Assembly: GCF_001194135.2 (NCBI RefSeq)
Contig: NC_068997.1
Coordinates: forward strand, 24,041,070-24,100,745
Direction of reading: 5' to 3'
Source of the DNA: Octopus bimaculoides
Taxonomy: Eukaryota
Length of the DNA stretch: 59,676 nucleotides
A program made the translations under genes and the position numbers. The notes under the pieces were generated by a model that was not told the origin of the DNA, did not search any database, and saw only the letters and a program-made list of their open reading frames with translations. Of this stretch, positions 1-12,100 are shown one piece after another. Position 1 is the stretch's first letter. Each line of letters opens with the position of its first letter.

Positions 1-102
1 AACCACAACAATCAAAATCAACAACAAAGAAAGCATCAACAACAACAATAATAGCAACGACAACAACAAAACAAAAACAGCAGCAGCCGCAGCAGCAGTA
101 GC

Positions 103-162
<60 letters not shown>
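103..162. repeat. (AGT)20 microsatellite, preceded by degenerate (CAA)/(CAG) repeats
   Basis: Perfect AGT repeat read directly; explains the poly-Leu ORF 36..230. Confidence 0.97.
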
Positions 163-163
<1 letters not shown>

Positions 164-929
164 CATAACCCAATATATAAAGAGCGAAAGAGTATGAAGT
201 ACGAACAACGGGGCGATCAAACTGGATCATTTCAGGAGGCCAAAGTTTTCTTTATTATTCATTGAACGATTGTCCCCATCTTATATTTATTTCCCGTCTG
301 TGTGTGCGTCTGTTTGTGTGCGAGTGTGTGTATGTGTATGCGTGTGTATGTGCTTGCACGCGCGTTTTTGTATTTTTAGTCCAACATGCCTGACTCGCGA
401 AAACACTCTCTATTTATGGAGACTTTTATTCTCATTTAATCAGTTTTATCTAGTCAAGTACTGTTAAGTCTAGAATGCCATGGTATTGAGTAAATTTCTT
501 CTGTTGGTTATTTGGAACTGGTTTGTGTGTGCGTGTGTGTGTAGGTGGGTGTATTTGAGATTTATTTCAACATCCTATCGTTTGCTGGCCTTACATTTTT
601 TCCATCGGTATTGCAGAGCTTGGATCTCATTGATAAAAAAATCTTTCATTCTTTTCCTAAAAAAAAGACTCCTCAGCAGCCGAAATGACGTCAGCATCGT
701 TGAGATTCTGGTTCCCAGCCAAGTGATTTGTGTTTCATGTTCGGGAACAGATGATAGTCACATATGGCCAACTCAAGAGAATACGGTACGTGATGAACAA
801 GTTTAGAGCCACAGTCACGCACAGCAGACATTGAAACCAAGAACTTGGCTCAAATCTAGCAAATCTCTAACCACAGACATTGCAGCAGTCTCCAAACTGT
901 CATTTCGCTATGCGCTTGAACCTCAAGAC

Positions 930-1030
930 GACATTAACAAGCGTCTTTTTGTCTTGGAAGGTAAAAAGGTTGCGCGCGATTTGAGGAGGATTAAGTGCTA
1001 TTTCTAACAGGTTTAATCGCTCACGTAGGG
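930..1030 (+). mobile_element. Degenerate copy of dispersed repeat family D (unclassified)
   Basis: Block GCTATTTCTAACA (997-1009) is identical to 12077-12089, with similar upstream context. A related block lies at 4660-4700. Orientation label is arbitrary. Confidence 0.45.
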
Positions 1031-1336
1031 AATGTAGAGAATCCTTATTTCGATAATGCTGTCTGTGGTATTACTAGTGGCAGTAGCAGCAACAACAACA
1101 ACAACAGCAGCAGCAGCAGCAGTGGTAGTAGTTGTTGTAGTAGTAGTAGGTGTTGTGGGTGTCGATGATGCTTTTGGTACTTCTGATTCGGTTCCTTTGA
1201 TCTTTTGCTTCTCGACTCGCGTGCTTTCTTTTTCTTTTCGATATTCTCTTTTTACGTTTTTTTTTAAAAATGTTTTTTCATGTAGTTTATGTTTTTTTCA
1301 TGAATTATTTATGCCGTATCAATATTACGTATATAT

Positions 1337-1470
<134 letters not shown>

Positions 1471-2746
1471 GTATGTACACACACATATGCACGCACATAC
1501 GTAATGAAATTTACGCACATTGATATGTATATGTTTATATGAACACAAAAACACATACATAAACCGAATATATATATATTCGTACATAAATATACGCATA
1601 CCTACACATATGTATATACGTACGTATACACGCACATATAAATATTCTATTTTTCCTTCGTTTGTTCCTGCCTTCCTGAATTCTATCATCATTTGTTTAT
1701 TTAGTCGGTTTCATTATTTTTACTGGTATTTGTGAGTAATGTCACTGTTTTTGATAGATATCCAGTTCGTTTTTTACTGCATTGTTTCAGTTAACATAAG
1801 GAATATCACAAGGATTATTGTTGGGGACGTATGGCTTTCTTTTTTGTTTTCCGTTGATATGCAAAACCTTCGTCGGTCTGAATCATTACAACACACACAA
1901 ATACATACCAATACTTACATGTAAACAGTCATTCATTGGTCACTTAATACCATGAAAACGTAAATGATAATTTTTACTACAGTGTGTTTGGCAGAAAAGC
2001 GTCCCACGCAGTAGAATGAGTCCTGAGTCCAGCTAGGGAATTTGAGCACATTCTCTAAATTTATGTTTTGGTGTTGGCTTACTCTTCAAGTCCGTTCTTT
2101 TGCAGCAGCAAACCTCAATTTCACTTGCCGTTTTTAAACCCTTGTGCATTTCTAGTCTCTAGCAAGTACGATCACTTGCAGCCGAGGCCCTCGGTTGAAC
2201 GTTCATGTTTAGTGACTTAATTTCTATATCTCTGCCGCACACATTGAGAAAGAACGAACAGAACACTATTCTGCTTTCTTGCTAAAATCCAGCTCCCTGT
2301 GTTTTGTTTTACCAGATAGTTGCGTCTGGCATGCAGTAAATACGACGCAAGCGGGCGAGAAATCGTTCTCAGAGCAGGTGTAATCGATATTTGTTTGTGT
2401 GTCTTTGTGTAGGAGGGTTTACATATATACACGTATATATACACACACATATTCACACAGGCACACACTGGTACATGCATATATACTTATACATGCATAT
2501 ATGTATACCTACGTGCATTTATGTGTGTGCCTGGTAGAAGCAATCAACACTTGTTTCCTTAGCAATAAACAACTTTATTATACGTTTATAATCTATCAAA
2601 TTGAATTTGTTCAATTCAGAAAAAAAAACCACAAAGAAAAAAAACAAAGAAAAATGTAAGGAAACACTGAAAATAGAAAGAAGTGAAAACAAGATGATTT
2701 CGTTTTGAAAACGAGAATGACTAGATATAGATGTAAAAACAATTGA

Positions 2747-2748
<2 letters not shown>

Positions 2749-2827
<79 letters not shown>

Positions 2828-2846
2828 CAGACAGACATACAGACAT

Positions 2847-2905
<59 letters not shown>

Positions 2906-2940
2906 GATAGGTAAATAGAGAAAGAGTGAGATAGATAGAT
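2749..2940. repeat. Compound microsatellite (AT)n-(AG)n-(AGAC)n-(ATAG)n
   Basis: Read directly. Confidence 0.97.
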
Positions 2941-3232
2941 ACACAAAAGGAGCGAATAAAGGAAAAATAATTTCTCATAGACATAGAGATTGATGTAGGG
3001 AGAGTATCCCTGTAGAGGGTGTAATAGAATCAAAGTAAGAAAATGAGACAAAGGTGATATATATATTAACCTAGTATGTTATGGTTTTCATTTCAATTTT
3101 TCATCACTAATACTATATGATTGGATCGAATGTTTTTTGAAAACAAAATGGTTTTCAACCATTTAGTGTTATTTACGTATAAGAATGAGAAAAAAAGAGT
3201 TGGTGTGAGACGGGGATAGAATGGGAAGATAA

Positions 3233-3292
<60 letters not shown>
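3233..3292. repeat. (ATAG)15 microsatellite
   Basis: Read directly. Confidence 0.97.
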
Positions 3293-3293
<1 letters not shown>

Positions 3294-4121
3294 CAGAGTG
3301 AGGGAGAGAGAGAAACAGAGAGATAGAGATAAAGACTGAGTTATGGGGATGGCAGTGGGAATAAAATAGAATTGGTGTCCTAATATCTAAAATATGTTAA
3401 TGTAGGTCTTATAAGGGTGATGTGATCTTACAAACATTGCGTGTATAAATAGATGTATACATATTTATTCATAATTACTCAGGTATGGGCTAACATATAT
3501 ATGAGTGCGTGTGAGCACACAAACACACACACACATATATATACATATAAGTATGTGTGTGTATATATATAAGTGTGTGTGTGCGTGAGTATNNNNNNNN
3601 NNNNNNNNNNNNNNNNNNNNNNNNNNNNNNNNNNNNNNNNNNNNNNNNNNNNNNNNNNNNNNNNNNNNNNNNNNNNNNNNNNNNNNNNNNNNNNNNNNNN
3701 NNNNNNNNNNNNNNNNNNNNNNNNNNNNNNNNNNNNNNNNNNNNNNNNNNNNNNNNNNNNNNNNNNNNNNNNNNNNNNNNNNNNNNNNNNNNNNNNNNNN
3801 NNNNNNNNNNNNNNNNNNNNNNNNNNNNNNNNNNNNNNNNNNNNNNNNNNNNNNNNNNNNNNNNNNNNNNNNNNNNNNNNNNNNNNNNNNNNNNNNNNNN
3901 NNNNNNNNNNNNNNNNNNNNNNNNNNNNNNNNNNNNNNNNNNNNNNNNNNNNNNNNNNNNNNACACACACATATATATATATATATATACATATGTATAC
4001 AGACACATGCACGCACTTACACTTACACATATATGATGACAGATACATACAAAGGTAAGTTAACTATGGTGTTCGCGTTAGTGGCCGTTGGTTTTGCTGT
4101 TGCTGTTGTTGTTGTTGTTGC

Positions 4122-4190
<69 letters not shown>
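4122..4190. repeat. (TAT)23 microsatellite
   Basis: Read directly; source of the poly-Ile ORFs. Confidence 0.97.
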
Positions 4191-4597
4191 CAGAACTATT
4201 ATGAATATGTTTTCCTCTATATTGTTTTTAATATTAACTGTGGATCTGTTTCTGCTTTTTGCCTTAAATTTTGAACACAAAATAACAGATATTGTGAAAT
4301 ATAATGTCTCTCTTTCTCTCTCTCTCTCTCTCTATATAGCTTAATGTAATATTGCATTATATAATATATAATTACATTATATGATATGTAATTACAATGA
4401 AAATTATGTGGTTTGGTCCTGAAATATTAAGACCTTATTTTGAAAAACTGCTAGCTGGATTGTTCGTAAGTCAGTAAATTTGGCTACTCTGGTGACTTGA
4501 ATGTCTAATTTTCGAAGCTCTAGCTCATCTTTGCCGCCATTGTTGTCGGCCTTCTTTCGTCCTACACCAATCCTGATTTACCAAACCCATAATGAAA

Positions 4598-4715
4598 AGC
4601 ATTCCAGCAATAACTCTTCTGTCTTGTAAGACACTATGATGTGATTTTAAGGAAGATGAAGCTGCTATATTAGAACGCTGATTGACCACATAGAGGCCCC
4701 AGCGTTAGCTGGTAC
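4598..4715 (+). mobile_element. Degenerate copy of dispersed repeat family D
   Basis: CATTCCAGC...GATGTGATTTTAAGGAAGATGAAGCTGCTATATTAGAAC resembles 11955-12100 and 930-1030. Confidence 0.4.
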
Positions 4716-5102
4716 GTCTCTTATTGTTTGAACTTTGGCTTTAATATTTCTGTGTTAGCTTTCTTATACTGAGAAGTAGTCCGATCAGCTAATGTCCCTT
4801 GCATCTCTATCCTCTTTCATTAAATTCAGTTATTTTGCCTATAACCTTCCTGAAGCACCATAACAGTGTTTTTGGTACCGAAAGACTTTCAAACTTCGTA
4901 TACTTATCTATTTTGTGTTATAGAACAGAAAACAATTTTTGTATTCGGATTTATTTCATGTAAAAAATTGTCTTATTTCGATAATTTCAACCAATCACTG
5001 ACAAGTATTCAGCTGTTTACAGTTACTCCTAAGCGGTGTAAAGCGTATTTAATCTCCATTACTTCTGACATTTTGCAGAGACAGCACACGTGTGTTCGTT
5101 TT

Positions 5103-5132
5103 CCCTAACCCTGACTCTAACCCTAACCCTAA
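5103..5132 (-). repeat. Interstitial telomere-like array, 5 x (CCCTAA) with 3 perfect units
   Basis: CCCTAA CCCTGA CTCTAA CCCTAA CCCTAA. Confidence 0.8.
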
Positions 5133-5190
5133 TTGACTTGCTCCTTCTCTCAAAAACCATGCCTTGTGCCTATAATAGAAAGGTTTATTA
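5130..5190 (+). mobile_element. 3' tail fragment of SINE family B nested within the MITE-like element
   Basis: ...CTCCTTCTCTCAAAAACCATGCCTTGTGCCTATAATAGAAAGG resembles the family B tails at 7065-7115, 34470-34508 and 42945-42977. Confidence 0.5.
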
Positions 5191-5995
5191 GCTACTGCCA
5201 ATATGCTTCAGCCATTTTTTGACAAGGAAATAATAATGTTATCACCGCCGAAAATCGTTTGTTTACGTAGTCAGCACTTAATCTTTACGGCTGAATGGAC
5301 GTCAGTCATTGGTTGAAATTACAGAAATACGACAACTTTAACATGAAATAACTTGCGATGTACGTTTTTTTTGTTAAGAAGACTAAGAGAAAAAGAATGT
5401 TTTATATGACACATTCTACCAGTGTCCCAAGTTTCAAAGTGTTTCGTTAAGAAAATACTGGTGCCCCCGTTTTGAACAAGATCCGAAATAAATTCGAACG
5501 TGTGCAAATCCTAAGTATGTTAGATATGGATCATACAGAAGATGGTCATGTCAACTGCAAAAAGCAAAGGAAAATTACTTCGAATTATCAGAGTTGCTGG
5601 TCATAAGATTAATGTCATATCAATGCAAGGTTAATTGCTTGAAGCTAATGTCAAGAAAAGAACACAAATAAACAGAGAAACATCAACAAAGATATATAAT
5701 TATCAGAGGTAGGGGGGAACAAATAAGAAGAAGAAAAAAAAAGAAATAAAGAATGCAAGAATTAAAAAAAAACGTCAAAAATAAAGTAACGAAAGTACTT
5801 TCACTGTTAACTAATTAACATATAATATTGTAAATGAGGAAATTGACCCGATGCCTGTGTATGAGATCAATAGAAATCTTATCGATTTGGTACCCCCATG
5901 TCTCGAGATTGATTGCATGTCATTTAAGTGCAATTATTTAGTTCTTCGTGAAATTTTGAATCCTAAAAAAATAATAGCAGCTTCGACAAAAAGCA

Positions 5996-6052
<57 letters not shown>
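5996..6052. repeat. (AAT)19 microsatellite
   Basis: Read directly. Confidence 0.97.
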
Positions 6053-6053
<1 letters not shown>

Positions 6054-6189
6054 GTGTTTGGATGAAAAGAGAAAAAACAAGAATAGATAATTACACTTTT
6101 GTTTCTTATAATCCACTTAAAAATTTGGAATTGTCAGAAAATCGTTTGAATTTTTTTACTTGAGGACAAAAAGTGTTAAACGTGATAAA

Positions 6190-6315
6190 ACGACGGAGAA
6201 CCAAATGCCTTTGCGGTGTTAAACTATGTAATTTAATATTCTCATTTGAAATCCCCTTCGGCGTCGATTTTGCATTTTATTATCATTTTTGGGTCGATAA
6301 ACTAAAATAATAGTC
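6190..6315 (+). mobile_element. Degenerate SINE family B fragment
   Basis: TTTGAAATCCCCTTCGGCGTCGATTTTGCATTTT...GGGTCGATAAA aligns with the reverse complement of the well-preserved copy at 37276-37463. Confidence 0.55.
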
Positions 6316-6699
6316 ATGTCATGTACTGGAGACGATATGACCGTATCGTTCTTCTGTCCTACCACAAAACTGTTGCCTTGTATCATAAATCATTACTATT
6401 TGTATACTCAACTGTGATATATTGTTGGCAGTATATGTTTGATGGTAGATTAAAAACCTACGTTATGCATTTTCTCTTCTTAAGATCTGAGTTCGATTCG
6501 TGACGAGGGAAACTTACTTGGCTAAGGAATCTGCAGAATATTTACTCCGGTAGGCACCGAGAAAGATACATTTCGCTATTTTGTAACGAAATTTTACGTT
6601 CTGGGCTCCAGTCAAGTCAGGGTTAGTTCACACGGCCAGCAAGCTGCAAAATTGTGAAAGTGCTGTGAAAAAATAAAATTCAATATTTAGTTACAATCT

Positions 6700-6780
6700 T
6701 CAACAATCTAAGTTCAAATCCCTTGGGTGGCAAGTATGCTTTTCATCAATGCAAGATCAATAAAATATAAATCCTGTTAA
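6700..6780 (+). mobile_element. Highly degenerate SINE family B fragment
   Basis: AAGTTCAAATCCC (B-box-like) followed by TATGCTTTTCATC...GATCAATAAAATA. Confidence 0.4.
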
Positions 6781-9129
6781 TAGCAATTGTAAAACCTCCA
6801 ATGACGAGGCCACAATTGATTATCATGTCATCAATAGGTGGGGATGATTGGTGCTGGCTGCTGCTAAAATCGAACAACGATGTCGTTGATGACGATGATT
6901 GCAGCAGCAGTACCAGCATCAAACGAAGTCTTTTCTTTCCCAATCTGGTTCAGGAATAATTAACGCTTGAACCCGCGATTAAGTTTTAGAGAATACGATT
7001 TCATTTGTTTAATACCCCTGCTCTAGGAAATTTATGATACATGTCATACCAACCGTGGCCATTACCCCTATTCTCCAGATTCCTGGCCTTGTGCCTAAAC
7101 GAGAAACAATTACTTATTAATTACCATTTTGTGTTGTACTCTAATTTTGAGTATTGTTTTTGGACAATTCCAGTAACACAGGATTTTTTTGTCTATGAAC
7201 TGAGGCTGCTAAACATGCCAAAACCTCTCTTGAACTGGGCCTATATATATGTGTGTGTGTATATATATATATATATATTTATGTGTGAGTGTATGTGTGT
7301 CTGTGTGTACATATAAATGCAGGCGTACCTGTGTATGCATATAAACTCACACAGCATATACACAGCGCGGTACGTAGATATATATGTATGTACATATAAT
7401 TATTGATAAATAGACAGAGAGAGTGGGTAGGAGAAAGAGGTGAGCAAGAGATATACATGGAGATATTTACGTGTATGCGTTTTTATGTGAGTATGTGTGA
7501 CTGTGCATATCTTTCATTGATGCATATCGCGGAGGAAATCGCATAACCAGTACTTTAAGACCGAAGTAACTTGTGATAAACTTGAGATATGTGCGCTGCA
7601 TCTAGTTTAAGTCTCTTTCGTCTTACTCTTGTCATCAAATAATGATTTGTCCATTGGAGAACTCTAAAGTAAAGAATGCATTGATCATTAATTTTGATAT
7701 ATAATAAAATATAAATATATAAGTGATTCCAATTGGCTTAAATTGTGGATTGAAACCGTAATGCAATTTTGGCTTCGTGGCAATTTTACTTATCAATGCC
7801 AGCCGGCACCCGTAATAAGTTTCGGACAAATTTGATTCGATCCCATCTGTAATAGATTTAATTATATACAGCATTTACATAAGCATCTGCCGTGTGTAGA
7901 ATTAGTAAAAATAGATATATATTTCAGAAGAAAATCATAACTACTAGTTTAAGGTAGAAAACTATAACGAAATCAGTGGTTATTTTCCATTAATGAACTT
8001 TCGCAGTAAAGAATGTAATGGTAACGATACCGAACAATTTTATATCGAAATTCCCAAGAAAATTCACGGTGGTTCGTAAAATCTGATTTGATCATAGCTT
8101 CCAAAATTTTTCTTTTCTTTTTTCCTTTTTGTTTTGTTTTTCTATTCATCTTCTACAAAGGCAAGTGTTAACATTAGAGTTTTGAAACAATATACTATAG
8201 CTAGTGAAAGCCGTCAGGGAAAGTGGCTGGGTAATGCTGGTTTTATGAATAGAAGCTAAGTTATTGAAACAACAGCCGTTATGAAATTATCCAATCTAGC
8301 ATATATATATATATATATATATATATANNNNNNNNNNNNNNNNNNNNNNNNNNNNNNNNNNNNNNNNNNNNNNNNNNNNNNNNNNNNNNNNNNNNNNNNN
8401 NNNNNNNNNNNNNNNNNNNNNNNNNNNNNNNNNNNNNNNNNNNNNNNNNNNNNNNNNNNNNNNNNNNNNNNNNNNNNNNNNNNNNNNNNNNNNNNNNNNN
8501 NNNNNNNNNNNNNNNNNNNNNNNNNNNNNNNNNNNNNNNNNNNNNNNNNNNNNNNNNNNNNNNNNNNNNNNNNNNNNNNNNNNNNNNNNNNNNNNNNNNN
8601 NNNNNNNNNNNNNNNNNNNNNNNNNNNNNNNNNNNNNNNNNNNNNNNNNNNNNNNNNNNNNNNNNNNNNNNNNNNNNNNNNNNNNNNNNNNNNNNNNNNN
8701 NNNNNNNNNNNNNNNNNNNNNNNNNNNNNNNNNNNNNNNNNNNNNNNNNNNNNNNNNNNNNNNNNNNNNNNNNNNNNNNNNNNNNNNNNNNNNNNNNNNN
8801 NNNNNNNNNNNNNNNNNNNNNNNNNNNNNNNNNNNNNNNNNNNNNNNNNNNNNNNNNNNNNNNNNNNNNNNNNNNNNNNNNNNNNNNNNNNNNNNNNNNN
8901 NNNNNNNNNNNNNNNNNNNNNNNNNNNNNNNNNNNNNNNNNNNNNNNNNNNNNNNNNNNNNNNNNNNNNNNNNNNNNNNNNNNNNNNNNNNNNNNNNNNN
9001 NNNNNNNNNNNNNNNNNNNNNNNNNNNNNNNNNNNNNNNNNNNNNNNNNNNNNNNNNNNNNNNNNNNNNNNNNNNNNNNNNNNNNNNNNNNNNNNNNNNN
9101 NNNNNNNNNNNNNNNNNNNNNATATATAC

Positions 9130-9196
<67 letters not shown>

Positions 9197-9712
9197 CGCT
9201 TTCTCTTTGCTGTCTTCGTTTCTATCTTCTCTATAGCGCCAACAACTTGCTTTCAAGAAGATCATAACCCCGTGAGTAATTCCACGAGTGTGTAAGTAGA
9301 TAATGAAATGTTATTAGTGAAGTCCATGTCTTCAGAAAACTACTTATGGTGTAGAAGATTGTGGATGGGTAGGTCGGTGTGCGGTAGATCGTGTAGAGTG
9401 GAGCTAGGTAGTGATGGTGGTAGGAGTTACAGCAATCTCTTGAAATAGGCTATGGACTTCAGAAGCCACCGACTTAATCAATACGTACGTCACGGCTTGC
9501 TATTTTTATCCTTATTGTTTCATGTTTTGTTTTACCTTATGTTTATATATAAATACATATATACAAGCATATGTATGTGTGTGTGTGTGTGTGTGTGTCT
9601 ATGTATGTGTGTGTGTATATAAGTATAAATATATGTATATACATATATACAATTGCGTATCCAATATATATAAATGTATGTATTTATGCATATATATATA
9701 TGTATATATATG

Positions 9713-9744
<32 letters not shown>

Positions 9745-10089
9745 TGTATGTATGTATGTATGTATATGTCTGTGTATATATATATATATGTGTTTATGTG
9801 TGTGTGTGTATGTATAAGCAGGCATATACTGTATTATGGAAACTACCGAAACTGTTGTTTTTATCATAGAAAATACGGGAACCGGCAATATGATTGAATA
9901 TATTGTTAGAGAGGCTACGAGAGACAGAGAGTAGAAAGAGAGGGTGAGAAAGTAAAGAACGCAAAAGAATACCGAAACAAAAGTAAATTAGTAAAAAAAA
10001 AAAGAAAAGAAAAGAGAAAAATGTTAATAGGAATAGATAAATATATAAAAGAAACTAAAATTAAGCTTGCTTCAAGAGCCGAAGAATGG

Positions 10090-10262
10090 TTCCATGTTTA
10101 GAAACAGCAACCAAGTTTCTATCGAATTACATAGATATGTTGCCTTGTATGAAGTTGGACAGCACATACGAGATATGTTCCATGGTGTACAATATGTACT
10201 ATTAAGTAATTTTGGGTGGTCACAGCTGGATTGCCTCTGGTCATATGTTGTGATAGATCTGT
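10090..10262 (-). mobile_element. Degenerate copy of dispersed repeat family D
   Basis: Reverse complement of 10097-10121 resembles the GCTATTTCTAACA block. 10214-10248 matches 11011-11045 at 25/35. Confidence 0.45.
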
Positions 10263-10369
10263 GACTTTAATTCCATCTTAACATATAACTTGGTCGCTGA
10301 TTGATGACGATGGTTCGAGACTTACTTGCAGTGCCTTTTCGGTATCTTTTAGATGCATATATGTATGTG

Positions 10370-10570
10370 TGCGTGTTTGCAACCACCACTCTACCACATG
10401 ACAACCAGTGTTGGTTTGTTTACGTACCTGTAACATAGCAGTTTGGCAAAAGATCGATAGAATAAACTACTAGACTTTAAAAAAAAATATGTACTGATAT
10501 CGATTGTCCGACCAACACCTGGACGGCATTACCCCAACATGCCTGCAGACCAATGATTAATACAAGAAAA
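10370..10570 (+). mobile_element. 3' module of SINE family A (degenerate)
   Basis: CATGACAACCAGTGTTGGTTTGTTTACGTACCTGTAACATAGCAGTTTGGCAAAAG aligns with 26407-26460. Confidence 0.7.
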
Positions 10571-10782
10571 ATATAAAAGAATAGATACGAGCTGGTGTTG
10601 TTGGTGCCATAGTTGAGCTTTAGATTAACCTGGTCGGTATGGTATACTGATCGACTACATCCCAACCGTGATCATCATGTCTTTCTTGACTTAACATTGA
10701 TTAAACTGATCAATGATGAGCGTTGTTCGAAAAACAATCCTGTTGTCGTATACACATTTTTCAAATTCTCCCTTCTCTGTAT

Positions 10783-11617
10783 CTAGAAACAAAAGGACGG
10801 GATGGTCATAAACAGATTTTCTTTCATCACTGATTTTTATAATGAAGCTAGAATGGATTAAGCCAAAATAGAAACTTCCAACCGCTAGAGGAACCACTAT
10901 CAGATTGCATGATGTGTTAAATATATTAGTCAAATATTCATCAGATTACGCAATGAATGCTTTAAACAATGTTGTTCTAAATACGTTCTATCTAAATACA
11001 CTATATGATTGGATAGTCACGGTTGGAATGACTCTAATCATAGATCAATTACTATATTGATCTTTGTATATCGGAACTAAGTTGCTTCTTAGACAACTGT
11101 CTATGTCCGTACTATTACCTCGATTCCCATTCTCTCTTCAACCATGTACTTGCTGTCGCTTCTGACCTTGCACTCACAAACCGCTATGCCTAAAAACAAA
11201 AGGACGGGATGGTCATAATCGGATTTTCTTTGATCACTGATTTGTTCGACGAAACTGGAATGAAATAAATCAAGTAACTGCAAAGTAGAAAATTCCAACC
11301 GCTAGTGGAACCACTATGAGGTTGCATAATATGTTAAATATATTAGTCAAATATTCCTCAAATTTCACGCTAACATCACTGCACACAGTAAATGTTGTTC
11401 GAAATACGCAATATGACTGGATAGTCATTTATGTTATCACAAAAGCACGCAGGCAGTTACATACATGCGCTCACAATTACTACATTGGTCTTTGTATATC
11501 GGAACTAAGTTGCCTCTTAGACCACTGTCTATGTCCGTACCACTATCCCGACTCACATTATCTCTTCAGCCATATACTAGCTGTCCCTTCTGACCTCGCA
11601 CTCACAAGCCACTATGC
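10783..11617. repeat. Diverged tandem duplication: copy 1 10783-11189 (407 bp), copy 2 11190-11617 (428 bp)
   Basis: Collinear shared blocks: AAACAAAAGGACGGGATGGTCATAA, TTCCAACCGCTAGWGGAACCACTAT, GTTAAATATATTAGTCAAATATTC, TCTTTGTATATCGGAACTAAGTTGC, CTTCTGACCTYGCACTCACAA. This also explains the shared YDHPVLLFL peptide in two minus-strand ORFs. Confidence 0.92.
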
Positions 11618-11954
11618 CTAATTCTTATTTCCTCAGATCATCAATCTTTGGGAATTCTTTCTTTTCCTGCCATGATTTATTTATTTACTTATTTGTCTAT
11701 TTATTTTTGAAGCTGTCAAATTAAATTGATCAATAACATTAAGATCAAGTGCCTCTGTTTGGAGGTCGTTGAGTACTTGAGAAGATCATAGATCCGACTT
11801 CTTCCGTTAAACCAAACTATTAAAAACGAAAACAATAACAAAAATAACATCTAGAAACCACCATAAACGTATGTTCAAAAATATCAGATACACTCGATAA
11901 TCAAATCAGCGCGAGACTATTGTTGTTTTTGTTGCTTAGGCCTAGTTTAGCTCC

Positions 11955-12100
11955 GATCAAAGGCGTTTCAGTCATGACTATTCCATTTCATTTTTCTTAT
12001 TTATAGAGAATCCAGGACAACATTAATCAAAATGTGATTTCTAAGATTGCAGAGTATGAATTGAAGAAAATAGGTAGCTATTTCTAACAAGTCAAACAGC
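11955..12100 (+). mobile_element. Copy of dispersed repeat family D
   Basis: GATCAAAGGCGTTTCAGTCATGACTATTCC...GCTATTTCTAACA; the first block resembles the reverse complement of GGACGGGATGGTCAT blocks in the tandem duplication. Confidence 0.5.

Larger units (their letters stand above)
4864..5460. mobile_element. MITE-like / foldback non-autonomous DNA element with long imperfect inverted arms (left 4864-5002, right 5301-5460)
   Basis: Left arm TTATTTCATGTAAAAAATTGTCTTATTTCGATAATTTCAACCAATCACTGAC matches the reverse complement of the right arm (TTATTTCATGTTAAAGTTGTCGTATTTCTGTAATTTCAACCAATGACTGAC). Outer ends also match (CAGTGTTTTTGGTACCGAAAGACTTTCAAACTT vs CAGTATTTTCTTAACGAAACACTTTGAAACTT). 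Termini CAGT...ACTG. No transposase ORF and no clear TSD. Confidence 0.75.
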
